From positions 1-64,000 of the forward strand of contig JAUGWO010000012.1 of NCBI GenBank assembly GCA_049724395.1: DNA of 64,000 bases, written 5' to 3'. The notes under the pieces are model-generated. The model saw only the letters and a program-made list of their open reading frames with translations, searched no databases and had not been told where the DNA came from. The first letter of the stretch is position 1, and each line of letters opens with the position of its first letter. The translations under genes were made by a program, and so were the position numbers. The DNA comes from Spongospora subterranea f. sp. subterranea. Taxonomy: Eukaryota. This document shows positions 25,600 through 38,364 of this stretch, one piece after another.

Positions 25600-26600
25600 T
25601 GGTTGCAAAATGACTGTTTACAGAAAACGGAGGTTGTGGAGAAGGTCGAAGAGATGGCGCCTGGTCCAACAAGTCCGAATTCAACAACAGATATTAATCT
25701 GGTGGAGAAACAGAGACTGAATGCGGTGACGATGGGGTTTCAGAATACACTGGTCCTGACGGAGATAAACGAGACGAAAGCCATTAACGCCGTCCACAGC
25801 ACAGCGGGAACCGAAACTACGAGGCAACCGATCTGAGGGCAAAACAAACAATTGTTTGCTAAGGCGCCATTTTGTGAAGGTACAACGCAAGGGAGATTTA
25901 CCGGGTGGGATTTGCCCGGGCTGTATTGTATTTTAAGACGGTCAAATGTCCATGTTTTTATTGACGCGACGTTTCGGTCTGTGCCCGCTCCCTTCTCCCA
26001 ACTCCTCATTGTCATGGCAAAAGATGACGATTTTGATCTATATCTGCCAGTCTTCTATATTTTGATGATAGGAAAATCTCGAAGATTGTATGAATTTTGT
26101 TTGCGCCAAATCAACGCCGCCGTGGAGGCGGATATATATCCAGGCAGCATTGCTGCGACTTTGAGGTTGCGCTGATGGGAGCCATCAAACGTACATAGCT
26201 TGTTCCCTCTCACCCATTGTTTTACTCAATGTATCTGATAATCAAGGCATATATCCTGCAACGCCCATCACTGGAATCTTCTTCCATTGGAAACAAGCCA
26301 TTCGTCGACGACTCATGAATATTGGTGTAAGCTCAGAGACGTTCAACAGGCTGATCCGAGATTACAACAACGGGCTTTGATTTTATTCGGTCAAACGTCT
26401 CAGACTTTGAAGAAGATGGGGCAAGACTCGAGGAGTTTTTCGATTATTTTGAACAAATATGGATCAAGAAGTATTCCCCGAACGATTGGAAACATCTCGC
26501 GTCAGATTGCTCAACAGGAGAAGATTTCCAATAGAACGACAATCCGTTGGAGCGTTACATTTTTTTTTTGAATTCCCTTTTTCCGAGTGCTCATCCTACG
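25600..26600 (+). mobile_element. MULE transposase remnant
   Basis: VFIDATFRSVP.PFSQLLIVM..D...DLYLPVFYILM.GK, CDFEVAL (frameshifted) and RT.NPLERY near 26535. Confidence 0.75.
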
Positions 26601-26689
26601 TTGGCTCATTTCGTGGTGACCTTGCGGCAAGGGGCGCACAATTAGCTGCAGAAAACGACAGGCCAGCAGGGAATCCACCATAAAGCCGA

Positions 26690-28130
26690 TGCCCGAAGAG
26701 ACGTGAGTGAGGAGTTCTTGGGTGACACACAACGAAGCGTCGCAGTAAAATTTGAGACGCGTAACATGCGCTTCGAGTTGATCGCCGGTGATCAAATGCT
26801 CGATAACATAGTGCCATTCACTGTGATTCTGTACGGGCCGAGCCATAAAACCATCAATTTGCTATCTTTCACGCGCGGTGAATCTTCACGGCGAGCCCAG
26901 AGAACAAAATCACCGTCGATGAAATTCGGGAACTTAGCGGTGATTCGTCGTCGAGACTTGGACCGTTTGTCGCGACGCGATGCAGACACGGTCTTGTGTA
27001 ACTCCTGAAACGCTACCTGTAACGTATCGTGTCGACTGAGGATAGCTGCAGTAGATACCGATGATGCATTCGGGGGCAGATAGGACGGAAGAATATCGCT
27101 CAGTGGAGATTCAGGAGTAGTATTCGTTAATACTTGCGTAGGCGATAAGCCACCTAAACTAGGACGGGGAGAGTGATTTAGAACAAATTGCACTAGGGGA
27201 ATGGCCTGTGGCCGATGGTCTTGCGGGATTTGCATATCGGAAAGCAATAATCGAAACACTTCCTGAGTGATTTTGCAAGCACGCTCGACGGTGCCATTGG
27301 GGAAGTGCATTCCCGCCATGGTGAAATGATGACGAACTCCAAGTTGATGGGACAATTCGGACATCACGTTATTCTTGAAATGCGTACCACAGTCGGAGAC
27401 CCAAATGCGAGGAAGTCGAAATAAAAGTGCAGAAACGACCGTATCAGTGGTCGCTTGAACCGAAGGTGAGAGGGTAACATAGGTGGAGAGGTCATCCATG
27501 AGAATCAGGATGTGGCGAAATTGGTGATTGGAGTTCACGCCGGGTTGCCGGATAAACAGAAAATCAAAATGAAGCACCTGATGAGGAGCGTCGGCATGTA
27601 TAAGCTGAGCCCAGAGGGCGCGGGATTCGCACGGGCCCTTTACACGAAATGCAATGGATACACCTGTTGATGAAACGGGTAACATCGTTCTTTAAATCGA
27701 ACCAGAAGAAAAACGCGGATATCGAATCCAAGGTGGATTCCAAGCCACGTTGACCACCGATGCCCATACGGGCGATGACACAAATCCGAGTACGTAGAGA
27801 TAGATCTTGCGAAGGAATCCAAATAGACCCCGAGATCGTACTGAACAATGCAGAATCATTTAACGAACACGAAGGAGGAACCGATTCCGACGACGAATAT
27901 AATTCCTGTGAACGACGAATATCTTGCACATCCGGCCAGACAATATTCCCGCCATGAAGGATATTATGCTCCATTGGCGGGGAAATCGTCGCGCGACGAA
28001 TGAAAGTCGGCGATGTAGCAGGAGACGCCCACCGCGTCAGTTGATCTGCCCATACAGTGTCAGAGCCAGAGATATAGTGAACAGTACAATTGGGACAGCG
28101 CTGAGGCGGAGCGACCAACGAGAGAGGCGG
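26690..28130 (-). mobile_element. Ty3/Gypsy remnant (RNase H end, integrase Zn-finger, core, GPY/F)
   Basis: HYISG.D.VWAD.LTRW; FFW.DL.NDV..F..RCIHC; LHFDFL; WVSDCGTHF.N; NGTVER; LW.GPYRI; HVTRLKFY. Confidence 0.9.
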
Positions 28131-28401
28131 TCTAAACTGGATTGCTTCGCAAGATCTATCTCTACGTACTCGGATTTGTGTCATCGCTCATATGGGCATC
28201 GGTGGTCATCGTGGCATGGAATCCACCTTGGGTTCGATATCCGCTTTTTTCTTCTGAGGGCTGCCCACAGCTTCGATCAATTTTCGATCCCGATCAATTG
28301 TCGATCAATTATTACAGTGTATGGCAGTGTTTTGCTCAGTGTATCCACAGACGGGCTGCGCACAGTTTCGATCAATTTTCGATCAAAATGTATTCCTCCT
28401 T

Positions 28402-28740
28402 TGCCACGCGTGGCAAGCTGTGACATTAGATCTGGCCACGCGTGGCACAAGCTGTGACAGGAGTTTGCCACGCGTGGCACAAGCTGTGACAGGAGTTTGT
28501 CACGCGTGGCACAAGCTATTAGATCTGGCCACGCGTGGCACAAGCTGTGACAGGAGTTTGGCACGCGTGGCACAAGCTGTGACAGGAGTTTGTCACGCGT
28601 GGCACAAGCTGTGGCCACGCGTGGCACAAGCTGTGACAGGAGTTTGCCACGCGTGGCACAAGCTGTGACAGGAGTTTGCCACGCGTGGCACAACGCGTGG
28701 CACAAGCTGTGACAGGAGTTTGCCACGCGTGGCCAGATCT
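28402..28740. repeat. ~32-bp minisatellite built on the palindrome GCCACGCGTGGC (12 ACGCGT cores)
   Basis: Unit GCCACGCGTGGCACAAGCTGTGACAGGAGTTT. Cores start at about 28405, 28437, 28469, 28501, 28530, 28562, 28594, 28616, 28648, 28680, 28692 and 28724. Confidence 0.95.
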
Positions 28741-29350
28741 ACCACCGCATGTCACATATATTGCGCGCAGCCTGCAAGGTAGAAGGAATTGACTGCACAC
28801 TTCAGGAAAAATGCTTTTTTCGCCCTCGAACCAGCGTCAAGGGTCTAAACTGCAGTTTCAACACTTTATCAAGACTTTTTGGCCATTCAAATCAGGGTTC
28901 AGCGTATTAGCATCGAATATCAGGGTTCAGGCCTTAACAGAAATATTCTTATTACAAGTTTTTACTGTACACCAAAACTGTCAAATCTACGAAGATTAAT
29001 GTCTCTACCACGTACTTGACTCTCGTAAAACCTGTTGGTGTAGAGTGTCCCGTTTGCCGAGACTTGTACCGATTCGCCAGCTTGGTCACCCCAAATCCGC
29101 GACCCCAAACTCCCGAACTGCGGACTCTATAAAGGGTTGCGTACTGTATGTAGAAAAAGGGGCAGCGCAGTGGGGAACGCAACCACTCCTCGCACTCCGA
29201 CAGTCACCAACACCACTGCGAATTTGTTCCTCATCATCATCTGTGCCATAAAACGATCGGCCGAACACTGGTTGAGAGCTGAAGGCGATGGTTGCCACGA
29301 GATCGATAGTTAGGACGGAGTCGGTCCGCCGAATCCAGGCCTCAGAATGC

Positions 29351-30962
29351 ATGAGCGGTGTGCTGCCAGCCTATAGCGCCACCGTCGCTTTATCCATTCT
29401 TCCATATTTCGTCAACGTTGGGGTTTCCGCTCAACTCATACCTGTATCGATGCTTCTTCTGTGAGACCATCTGATTTGTTAATTTGAAAAAACATGGAAA
29501 TTTTCAGTTTTCGATGAGCAATCCTTCTTCCTGTAGACTCAACAAAGTTTCAAATTTTTGTTTCAATGAAACATGTGATTTTTTTGGAAACTTTGCTCTG
29601 GTTTCAATTGTTCGATGTCGATAGGTATATTGGCTGTCATTTATCATTACGTAATGTTCATCGGCCTGGGCAAGAAGATAGCCAACAGCTTGCTTCCAAG
29701 GACGCGTACATGTTTCCGGTGTTTGGATCGATTGCCCTCTTAACCCTGTACTGTGCATACAAATACCTTCCCCCGCAATACCTTAATATGATCGTCTCTG
29801 CCTATTTCTTTCTTGCCGGTCTGCTCGCTTTAACAACTTCCTTAAAAACGTATTCCGCCACTAACCGGTTTTGCTCCGAATTTTTTTCTGATCAAACTTC
29901 AGGTTTATTTCGACAACGTTGTCCTTGGAAAACTACAAGCAACTCAACAAGACAGTTGTTCAGTTCCGTGTTCCCAAGTTTCTGGCCAAATTTCTCTGCG
30001 ATGCCAATAAGAAGGACGACGATCTAATTGAGCTGTCAAAGCTTGATTTCCCATGCGCCATCGTATCTGCTTGTGCCGCTGTCTGGTATCTCACCACGAA
30101 ACATGCTCTATCCAATAATCTGTTCGGAATCGCCTTTTGTATCCAGGCACTATCGCTGATCACGTTGGATTCGTTCTATTCCGGTGCTGCACTTCTTCTC
30201 GGCCTGTTCTTCTACGATATTTTCTTCGTATTTGCCACCGACGTTATGGTATGGACTTCAAATTCCACGCTCTCTGTGCACACCTAGACCAGTAGTTTCT
30301 GACGTTGGTTATTGAACTTGTTTTCAGCGTCGACTGTTTTCCGCTGTGTGTATGTGTGTGCATTTTATCTATTCATCAAAGCTTTGTGTTCGGTATCAAT
30401 AATTTTTCTTTCATTTTTTTTCCACTTTTATGTGTGTACATTTTATCTATTCATGAAAGCTTTGCGTTTCGATATCAATAACTACTCTTTCTCGATACCG
30501 TTCACCTGTTTGTGTTGGATACTAGTCGAAACCAGCTGATATGGATAATCATTCGTCATTTTTCAGGTGACGGTTGCAACAAAATTCGACGCCCCGATCA
30601 AGTTGTTTTTTCCTCGTGGAGAAGGACTACGACCCTCAATGCTCGGTCTTGGCGATATTGTGATCCCCGGTATCTTTCTTAGCCTTATGCTGCGCATTGA
30701 CCATCACCGCCATTGTTCCACACCGCATCAGCCGACGTTCTCGAAACCGTACTTCCTATCAGGCTGTGTCGGCTACTTCATCGGCATCGCCGTCACACTT
30801 TTCATCATGTTCGCCTTCGACCACGCCCAGCCGGCGTTGCTGTACCTGGTTCCCGGTTGTCTAATCTCAGTCACGATCTGCGCCATAGTACGTGGAGAAT
30901 TCCGATATCTAATGACATTCAAAGACGAGGCGCCAGTTCGTGACATTGCCCATGAAGATTAA
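29351..30962 (+). CDS. SPP: Signal peptide peptidase (presenilin-type A22B aspartyl protease), spliced
   Basis: DAYMFPVFGS, GLFFYDIFFVF.T.VM, LGLGDIVIPG and QPALLYLVP. GT-AG introns e.g. 29461-29624 and 30250-30566. C-terminal AHED resembles an ER-retention signal. Confidence 0.95.
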
Positions 30963-31166
30963 ACTGTTTCGAAATTAATTTCCCTCCTTCATCATTCGTT
31001 TTGCTTTTGCTGAAAGACCTTGTTCGACTGCGATCTTGTGACGTTCAGCGCCAATATAGTTGGCACGAAATATCTTTGCCGTCCTTCTGGCATCAAGTCA
31101 ACAAACGTGGGTTGCCTTGTCGTGGCACATACTATATCTTCTACAAACGCATCGCGACAAGACCTG

Positions 31167-33254
31167 ATGACGATTCCCGCCGATGAACTCCCACGACACA
31201 CATTCTCGATGAAGGGTCTCGGGAAAGAGTTCACGGTCGACGTCAAGGTTCGGGCCCCCTTTGTGTTTTGTAGATCATAGTCCTGTCCTGACCCAATTGC
31301 CATTTCACACTCCAATCTGATTTTCTATTTCGTACTTCTCTCAGACAACATTAGTCCTGTTGTTCTAAGGGTCGCCCTTCCATCACTCTCCTTTTCGTTT
31401 TCGTTTTGCTTTTTTTTTTGTTTTTCAGCCCAAAAATGTGTTGTTCACAATTCTCCATTTGCTGTCGACGTCTATCAGCGAAAATTGTTTGTGTCGAAAC
31501 GTTTTCGTTTCGCGTATGTCACTGATTTGCCATTGCGCTACAGTATACGCCGTTGAAGATTCTCGGGTCTGGAGCGTATGGCGTCGTGGTCGCCGCCCGT
31601 GATCACGCGCTCGATCGTAAAGTCGCCATCAAACAGGTCGCCAACGTGTTCGACGACGAGATCGACGCCCTGCGAGTTCTGCGTGAGATCAAGCTCCTGC
31701 GACATTTCAATCACACCAATATCGTCAAGCTCTACGACATCGTTCAGCCCGTTTCCTTAGAACGCTTCCGAGATCTCTATCTCGTCATGGAACATATGGA
31801 TTCCGATCTTCACAAGTACGTTCTGTCTTCATCATCGTCGTCATCTCGTGTTCACGATTTTCCCTTTTGTCAACGACCGGTTTTTTGTTGTTGGATCAAA
31901 CAGCCATTCGGTGCTTGGTTTCTAACACGTTTTGATCGGTAGGATTGCTCAATCGACCCCAAGACAGCTAACCGATGACCACGTCAAGTACATTCTGATC
32001 CAGCTTCTCAGCGGTGTTAACCACATGCATTCGGCCAACGTTATCCATAGGGATCTGGTAATAATCATCACCAAAACCCATGTTCATAGGTTCTACCATC
32101 GTCGCATCAGATCATTAATTTTCACGGTTCAATCGTGCACTTTTCACCTTCGAGTTTTGATTGCCTGTTCCTTAAACATTACAGCAATTTCCATATTGGC
32201 TTGATAATACCCAAGTTTGATTCACGTCCCTTTGTTTTCAGAAGCCATCCAACATTTTATTGAACGCAGCGTGCGACTTGAGAATATGTGATTTCGGTAC
32301 GAGATGTTGGTTCATTTACAGAGGAACATTGTTGGGTTGACCAAGGGTTTCGACAATAGGTCTCGCTCGTGGTGTCTACACAGATGGGCAAAGCGACCAA
32401 ATGCCAATGACCGAATACGGTAAGGTCCCGTTTTTGGTCGATTTCAACATCTTCGCAAAACGAGTTCGATTCGGTGTTAAAAGATTCGCATTTAACAAAA
32501 GCGAAATGCAATTGCCAATATCATAATCTTCTAATATGATTGTGTTTAGTGGTGACTAGGTGGTACAGAGCGCCAGAGGTGCTGTGCTCAGCGCCATATT
32601 CCTATCCTGTCGATATGTCGGTTTCGTATTATCGCCGTTATCGCCAACCGACACTGACTCCCCCGTGTTGTCGCAAAGGTGGTCGATCGGCTGCATCTTT
32701 GCCGAGATGCTGAAGAGCGAGCCGCTCTTCCCTGGCGACAACTCAGCCGACATGCTCAAGCGCATTCAACAGGTCGGGCGGGGGTGGTGCGCTGGCAATC
32801 GCGGCTCATCCCAGCGTTGACCGATGTCGTACAGGTCCTTGGCACTCAGGCGATGGCGCAATTGAAGACTCGTACAAATCACCCTCGCGCCCTTCAATTC
32901 CTCACAGATATGAAGCCGTGTCCACCGATCCCGTTCACCCGCCTCTATCCGAAGGCGTCGGCATCGGCCATTGACTTGTTGTCGTCGATGCTTCGCGCCG
33001 TTCCCGAAGAGCGGATCACGATCGAGCAGGCCCTGGCCCATCCATATCTACAGACGTTCATCTCTGCCCATGTCGTGACCCCGGTCGACACGTTCTGCTT
33101 CGATTTCGAGAAAGGCGCCCACTCGCGTGACGCCATCCGTCATCTCATGTATGGGGAGGTCTGCTCCCTTCATGCACTTCCAACAGCTCAACCGCCATCG
33201 TCGCCATCGTTCCAGCCGTTGCCTGCGGGAGTTCGCCGATCCCGCTCTGAGTAG
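31167..33254 (+). CDS. Mitogen-activated protein kinase, TEY activation loop, multi-exon
   Basis: LGSGAYGVV, VAIK, LREIKLLRHFNH.NI, HRDL/KPSN, DFG, MTEY/VVTRWYRAPE, WSIGCIFAEM and PLFPG. Confidence 0.95.
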
Positions 33255-33679
33255 ACCTTTTCGTGTTATTTAGTATTCACAACTGTACAAATAGACAATA
33301 TCATAAAATCGTTTTGTTGATGTATTGCGTTGGTTCACCTTTGGACAACGTCTCGCTTGTTTTTGGTCATTTGTGTATATACCGAATTCCTGGTCTTGGA
33401 GTTTGGTCATTGTTCAACAGCGACACATTCATTACAAGCCCATTCTTTGACCTGCGATTCCACAAAAGTTCGCTTTGGAAAAGCGCCGCATTTCCCAATC
33501 TCAATTTGCGGTAAATGTGTAACAGGGCAGATCTGCAACAATCCATCGTCTGTGATCTTGTTTTCAACATCAAGAACACTATATTGAATCCATTGTGGGA
33601 CGAATCTCATTATTAGTCACCATAAACCATTTATGGGATCTTTATCAATTAACCCGTGTTCCAAGATATCCTGGGGCGA

Positions 33680-34697
33680 TCAATGTGATCGTGTCCATCC
33701 ACTGCTCTGTCCATGAACCGCTCGGAACACCAGTCCGGCCACCCGTCCTGGCGCCACACGGGACGGGATCAACGCCGCCACCCGCGTCAGAATCGCCGTC
33801 CAGTTGGGCAAATACAGGAGCAGAGGGCTTCGGGCCTTGACCGCATGGACAATACACTGGTCGGTGGAATCTCGAGGATCAGCGGCCGTCTTTGGCGCCA
33901 CATACGACATATACAGGTCCATGATCTGGCCAATCCCATAGTATTCCGGCACCTTGTTGGCGGTCTCGCTAATCGCGTCTTGCGCCTTGCCGAAGATCGA
34001 CGAGACGGTCTGGGCCGGCTCGATCAGCGACACGGAAACGCCCACGGGTTCCAGCTCTTGCGATAGCGAATACGCCAGGCCACGAATGGCGAACTTGCTG
34101 GCGACATAGGTCGCCATTCCTAGCGCCGGAAGGTGCCCATTAACAGATCCGACGAACACGACCCCGACCTTGGTGTTTCCGTAATAACGGTAGAAACGAT
34201 CTCGTCATTCGAATATCGCCCAAAAGGTTCGTGTCGATCACGTCGTATTCGCGATCGGGGCTGGTGCATTCAAACGGTCCAGCATCAATGACACCAGCAT
34301 TGTTGACAATTGCAGCCAGGCGACGGTTCTGCAATTGGTTCTCGACGGTTTTCACAGCTTTCAAGATGGCGTCGCTGTTTTTGATGTCCAATACGATTGG
34401 ATCCATTTTTAGCTTGGCAAGGCCTTCGAAGTCTTTCTCGTTTCGAACGCCGGCAATGACATGAAACCCTTCATGTTGGAGTCGTTTGGCGGCGGATAGG
34501 CCGATACCCGACGACGCCCCTGTGATCAAGACGGCGTCGCCTGGTTTCGGGATGCAGCTCGCTTTGGGCGTCGCCAGGCGGTCGACAATGGTGTTGATGG
34601 CGAAGTAGGTTAGGATGACGGGCATGGTCACAGCCCATATTGCCAGGATAAACATCAATTGGACCATCGACACCAACCGGAATAGGACCGCCCCCAT
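33680..34697 (-). CDS. Short-chain dehydrogenase/reductase (RDH/HSD-like) with N-terminal membrane anchor; one apparent 1-bp frameshift
   Basis: TGASSGIG, NNAG and YVASK. An extra G in GGTCGGGGTC near 34163 separates the two ORFs. Confidence 0.9.
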
Positions 34698-35949
34698 TGT
34701 CCAACAAACACTCTTGAACTCGACGTCTTCTTTCCCGTCGTTTTGCCCGAACAGCCGAAGTAATTGAGCGATTCGGAGGTTCGGAGGTAATTTACGGGTA
34801 TCGGATGAACTTCCCGTTCACGTTCTTTGCATTTGCTGTAAGAAATCGACCGGATCTGCTGATGAACGATTCGATCCAGGTGAGTAAACAACAGTAGTCT
34901 CAAACTTTATGATTCGTGAGGTCGGTGATGATTGTCGATCTGGTGGTTATTACCAAAACACAGGAGGGCGGGGCGGCCATTAGTGGTTATTTGGTCTAAA
35001 CTGAACAGATCACACGTTCAAGAAGGGTTATATTGTTGACTACAGAACATGGATCCGGTATCGCCACACAATGAATCACTCATTGGAATGGGCAACGGAA
35101 TCACTGATCTGATGATACGCATCGTTACAATCGGTGACGATGACCCTGTGATGAATGTCCAGTGGGGCGATTGTGTCGCCATGGTCATTTGATTGACACC
35201 TTGTGGAACGTGAATATCGCAATAAAATAAGTTCGGTCATCGCTCATTGTCTCGTGCACAGTTTTCTAGGACAAAAGGCGACGCTTGTTCGATTATGAGT
35301 TCCCCACTGTTCGGAATCGTAGAGCAAATGAAACGACGCCGGACGAATAAGGAAAATGAACAGAGCAAACGTCAAAGTAATGCTGAGAAAGTTCGAGCGC
35401 GACCAACAAAATTGTGTCCTGTAAAACCGAAACATTGTCGTGAAAACCAAATGAGTAGCGATCCCCATTGTGTACAGCGAATTACACTGGAAAGGATACA
35501 TTCCTGGGGCAATTGCCTTCCGCACAGACGTACACTTCCAAGGATTCAGTCCCGATCCCGGAGTGTCGGAACGGTGGTCACCATCCAATTCATTTCATAA
35601 AGATCATCGATTCCAACCTAACCGCGCTACCGACTGCAAAACAGCATCCGAACCAAGAAAATTGTATCTGAACGTCCAAACAGAGAACGAATGGTTGAGT
35701 TTGCCGTGCTATCTCCGATACTCAACTTCAATGCTGACGTTGGGAGACTTCTCCACCTTGTTTGTAGACGCTTTCCCCAATTCCCGAGAACGTGCTCCAG
35801 CGCTTTTCGCTTCGATGATTTTCTTTGCTGCATTTTGTGCAGCGCTTGCTATTTGTTCCGTTTTTATCGAACAGACGTCCTCGACGGGTGGTTTTTAATT
35901 TAGCAAACAAGTTGGATTGATAGTAATGATACTGGGGTGTACTGTTGCC

Positions 35950-36200
35950 AGACTATCATTTTGATCATCCCCACCTGTGTTCTTGTACCATAACTCCCGA
36001 AACAGGAATCTCAGAGCGATATTGTTTTACCAAAATCATTGACGATCATTGACCCAAGTTTCGGACTTGAAACAATTCATTGTCACCGAGATGCATTCAA
36101 GGAAATGAAATCACGTGACGGAAATGATGCTTGGACATTGGCAAACTTACCGACCAACACCGAAATGATAAAAGGGAGGTGGTCTTCACAAAGAAGCTAT
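35950..36200 (+). mobile_element. Copia RT N-terminal fragment
   Basis: AFKEMKS....AWTLANLP.....IKGRW. Confidence 0.55.
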
Positions 36201-36560
36201 ATTCGACTGGAAATAAACGAACGAAGAAAGTATGGTTGTTTGCAGAGGATATTCCCAGATGCATGGATTCCACTACAGCGACAAAAATGTATCACTTTTT
36301 TATACTTCCCGACGAATACTCGTACCCATCGTGGTGTAATTTGACAAGTCCTACCTGGTTGCATCGATCATGCTGCTATGTATCGACCTGATCGATTGAT
36401 TCGGGAGACGATAGCTCCAAAGTCGATGAAAAAACGACGTGCATTGAAATGTCGCATATTTCAGGCGCTTCAACCAAACAAGACATTATGGTTGATGAAC
36501 ATCGCACAGAAAATATGTTTTGAAAAAAGGCGAATAAAATGGTCCAGGAATCATAATATA

Positions 36561-37790
36561 TAACGGAAATAGGAGAGAGAATTGGAGTAGTTAGTGTTAA
36601 GATGATACTATTAGAAGAGTAAGTTATTTGAGTCTCATGAAGATCATTTTAGGGACTCACGTCAAAACGCCCCTGGCGCTAAACAATCGTAAATAGATTT
36701 GTTGAGAAAACATGGTTTTGAGATCGCCGCCGGCCTTAACAAAGACTTCTCGTTTCTGTAAGTAAATCGGAATAAGTGATGGAGAGCGGTGGTGGAATCG
36801 AGGTGATAAACCGGCCATCGATTGCTCACTGATATGGCGATGATTATGCGAAGGGAAACACCTGTTAATACTGATGAGTAGGTGTCATGATGACCGATGC
36901 CGAATCTTTGTGTATAGCCTGTTGCTACGAGGCGTGCTTTGTGGCGTTCATCGTCGCAATTCAAAATTCGGTTCTGGGTGAATATCCATCGTGATTGAAT
37001 TGGCTTCGTGTTGGCAGGTAAATCGACTATGCCAGCTCTTCCAGTGCTGCTTGATGCCATTCATCATCGTCAGGTAATGTCACTGCTTTGTAGCCGACAT
37101 GTGATCTGCATTGTAGTCAAGTGCAAATCCTTGATTTGTCTATCGTTGCCATGGGATCTGGTTGTGTATCCGGTCTTAACGCGTCATCAATAAATGATAA
37201 CTCATCGAATGTGACGTCTCTGCGAACGGCGTTATTCGCGTTCTGGATGTGTTGAGGTATATATCCCTTTTGGTATGGGTGCATATCCTACAGATAGGTA
37301 AGCAAGCAATGATCTTACCTGACGATGATAAATGGCACCAAGCCGCACTCGAAGAGCTTGCTTCTCATAGACTGAACCAAACTGGACATTAGTCGATTTA
37401 CCTGCCAATTCAATCTCGATGGATATTCATCAAGAACCGAAACTCTAAATGGTGAACGCCACAAAGCGCAACTAGTAGAAAAAAAGATCACAAACCATTT
37501 TTGCCCAACAAAGCCAATTACGATTATTTAGCGCAAGGGCGTATTGACGTCAGTCTCTAAATTATCGTTGAATCATGATGATACTCTGTTGAGTCAATAA
37601 AGCGATTTCCTGTTGGCTTATCGTTGGTGTGACGTTGTCACCTTGGGCGCGTTTGGAGTGCCATTATGAGAGCTGTTGGGGCTCTTAACCTGACGGAAAT
37701 AGGATAGAGATATGGAGTAGGATGATAATAGAAGAATAGGGTCATTGATTCAACAGAGTATCATGATGATAAACCATATTGTAGGTGACA
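36561..37790 (-). mobile_element. Internally deleted Copia element with two ~100-bp LTRs
   Basis: 5' LTR 37691-37790 (TGTCA...GTCA on minus) is followed by PBS GGTTAAGAGCCCC. A diverged 3' LTR lies at ~36561-36655. RT motifs PIQSRWIF, HKARLVA.GYTQ.FGI...TYS and L.KSIY. Confidence 0.8.
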
Positions 37791-37810
37791 CTGGTAAAAA
37801 AAAATATATA

Positions 37811-37883
37811 GTCCGAATGGTGTAGGGGTTATCACACGTGTCTAACACACACGAGGTCGCCAGTTCGAGACTGGCTTTGGACA
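37811..37883 (+). tRNA. trnV-AAC: tRNA-Val (AAC)
   Basis: Acceptor GTCCGAA/TTTGGAC, anticodon stem CGTGT/ACACG with loop CTAACAC, T-loop GTTCGAGAC, downstream T-run. Confidence 0.97.
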
Positions 37884-38364
37884 TGATTTTTTCGTCCGTT
37901 CAGTTTTTTGTCTGTTTTTGGGATTGCTTGATTGAAAGTATACAGTAGAACCATCTGCTGTTCAAGAAAATAGTTGCTCGTTAGGTACTATATTTTTGGA
38001 TAAAAAAACCGGCGTAGGTGATCAAAAGAATATCCTACTGTAGATGAATTTAAAACTTCCTGCGCAGGAATCCAGGGGTTCATCAGAACGGCGTTTGATT
38101 CGATCACAAGTTGAGATTGTAAATTTCATCATTCGTTCTCAAAATGTCGTGATACAAATGGTGGTCGAATGCGGGTCGACCCGAAGTTTCTGTAGACCCC
38201 TCCGCAGCACTTCCCCATCTGGGTACACTAGTTTCACCTTAGATTATCCTGTCAAGAGGCGAATTTTTCGGAAAACAATGGTACAGTAGCGATCATCTTG
38301 AACCGACAATTTAAACCCTAGTCCATGTGTTGGATTTGGGAGTTTGCGTCTTTTGTTGCGGTTG

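Noticed and set aside
24680..26070. Opposite-strand MULE fragments as another fold-back
   Set aside because: Similarity is mainly at protein level with many synonymous differences, which fits separate family members.
28402..28740. Palindromic repeats as a CRISPR array or a complete hAT MITE
   Set aside because: Inter-palindrome sequence is itself repeated, and the candidate TIRs have no flanking TSD.
28277..28800. Cys-rich repeat ORFs in the ORF track
   Set aside because: They result from a stop-poor 32-bp repeat whose unit length is not a multiple of 3.
30345..30480. Two-copy direct repeat in an SPP intron
   Set aside because: Short local duplication with no sign of function.
37811..37883. 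tRNA copies as SINE heads
   Set aside because: All four are identical full cloverleaves followed directly by T-run terminators, with no tail or TSD.
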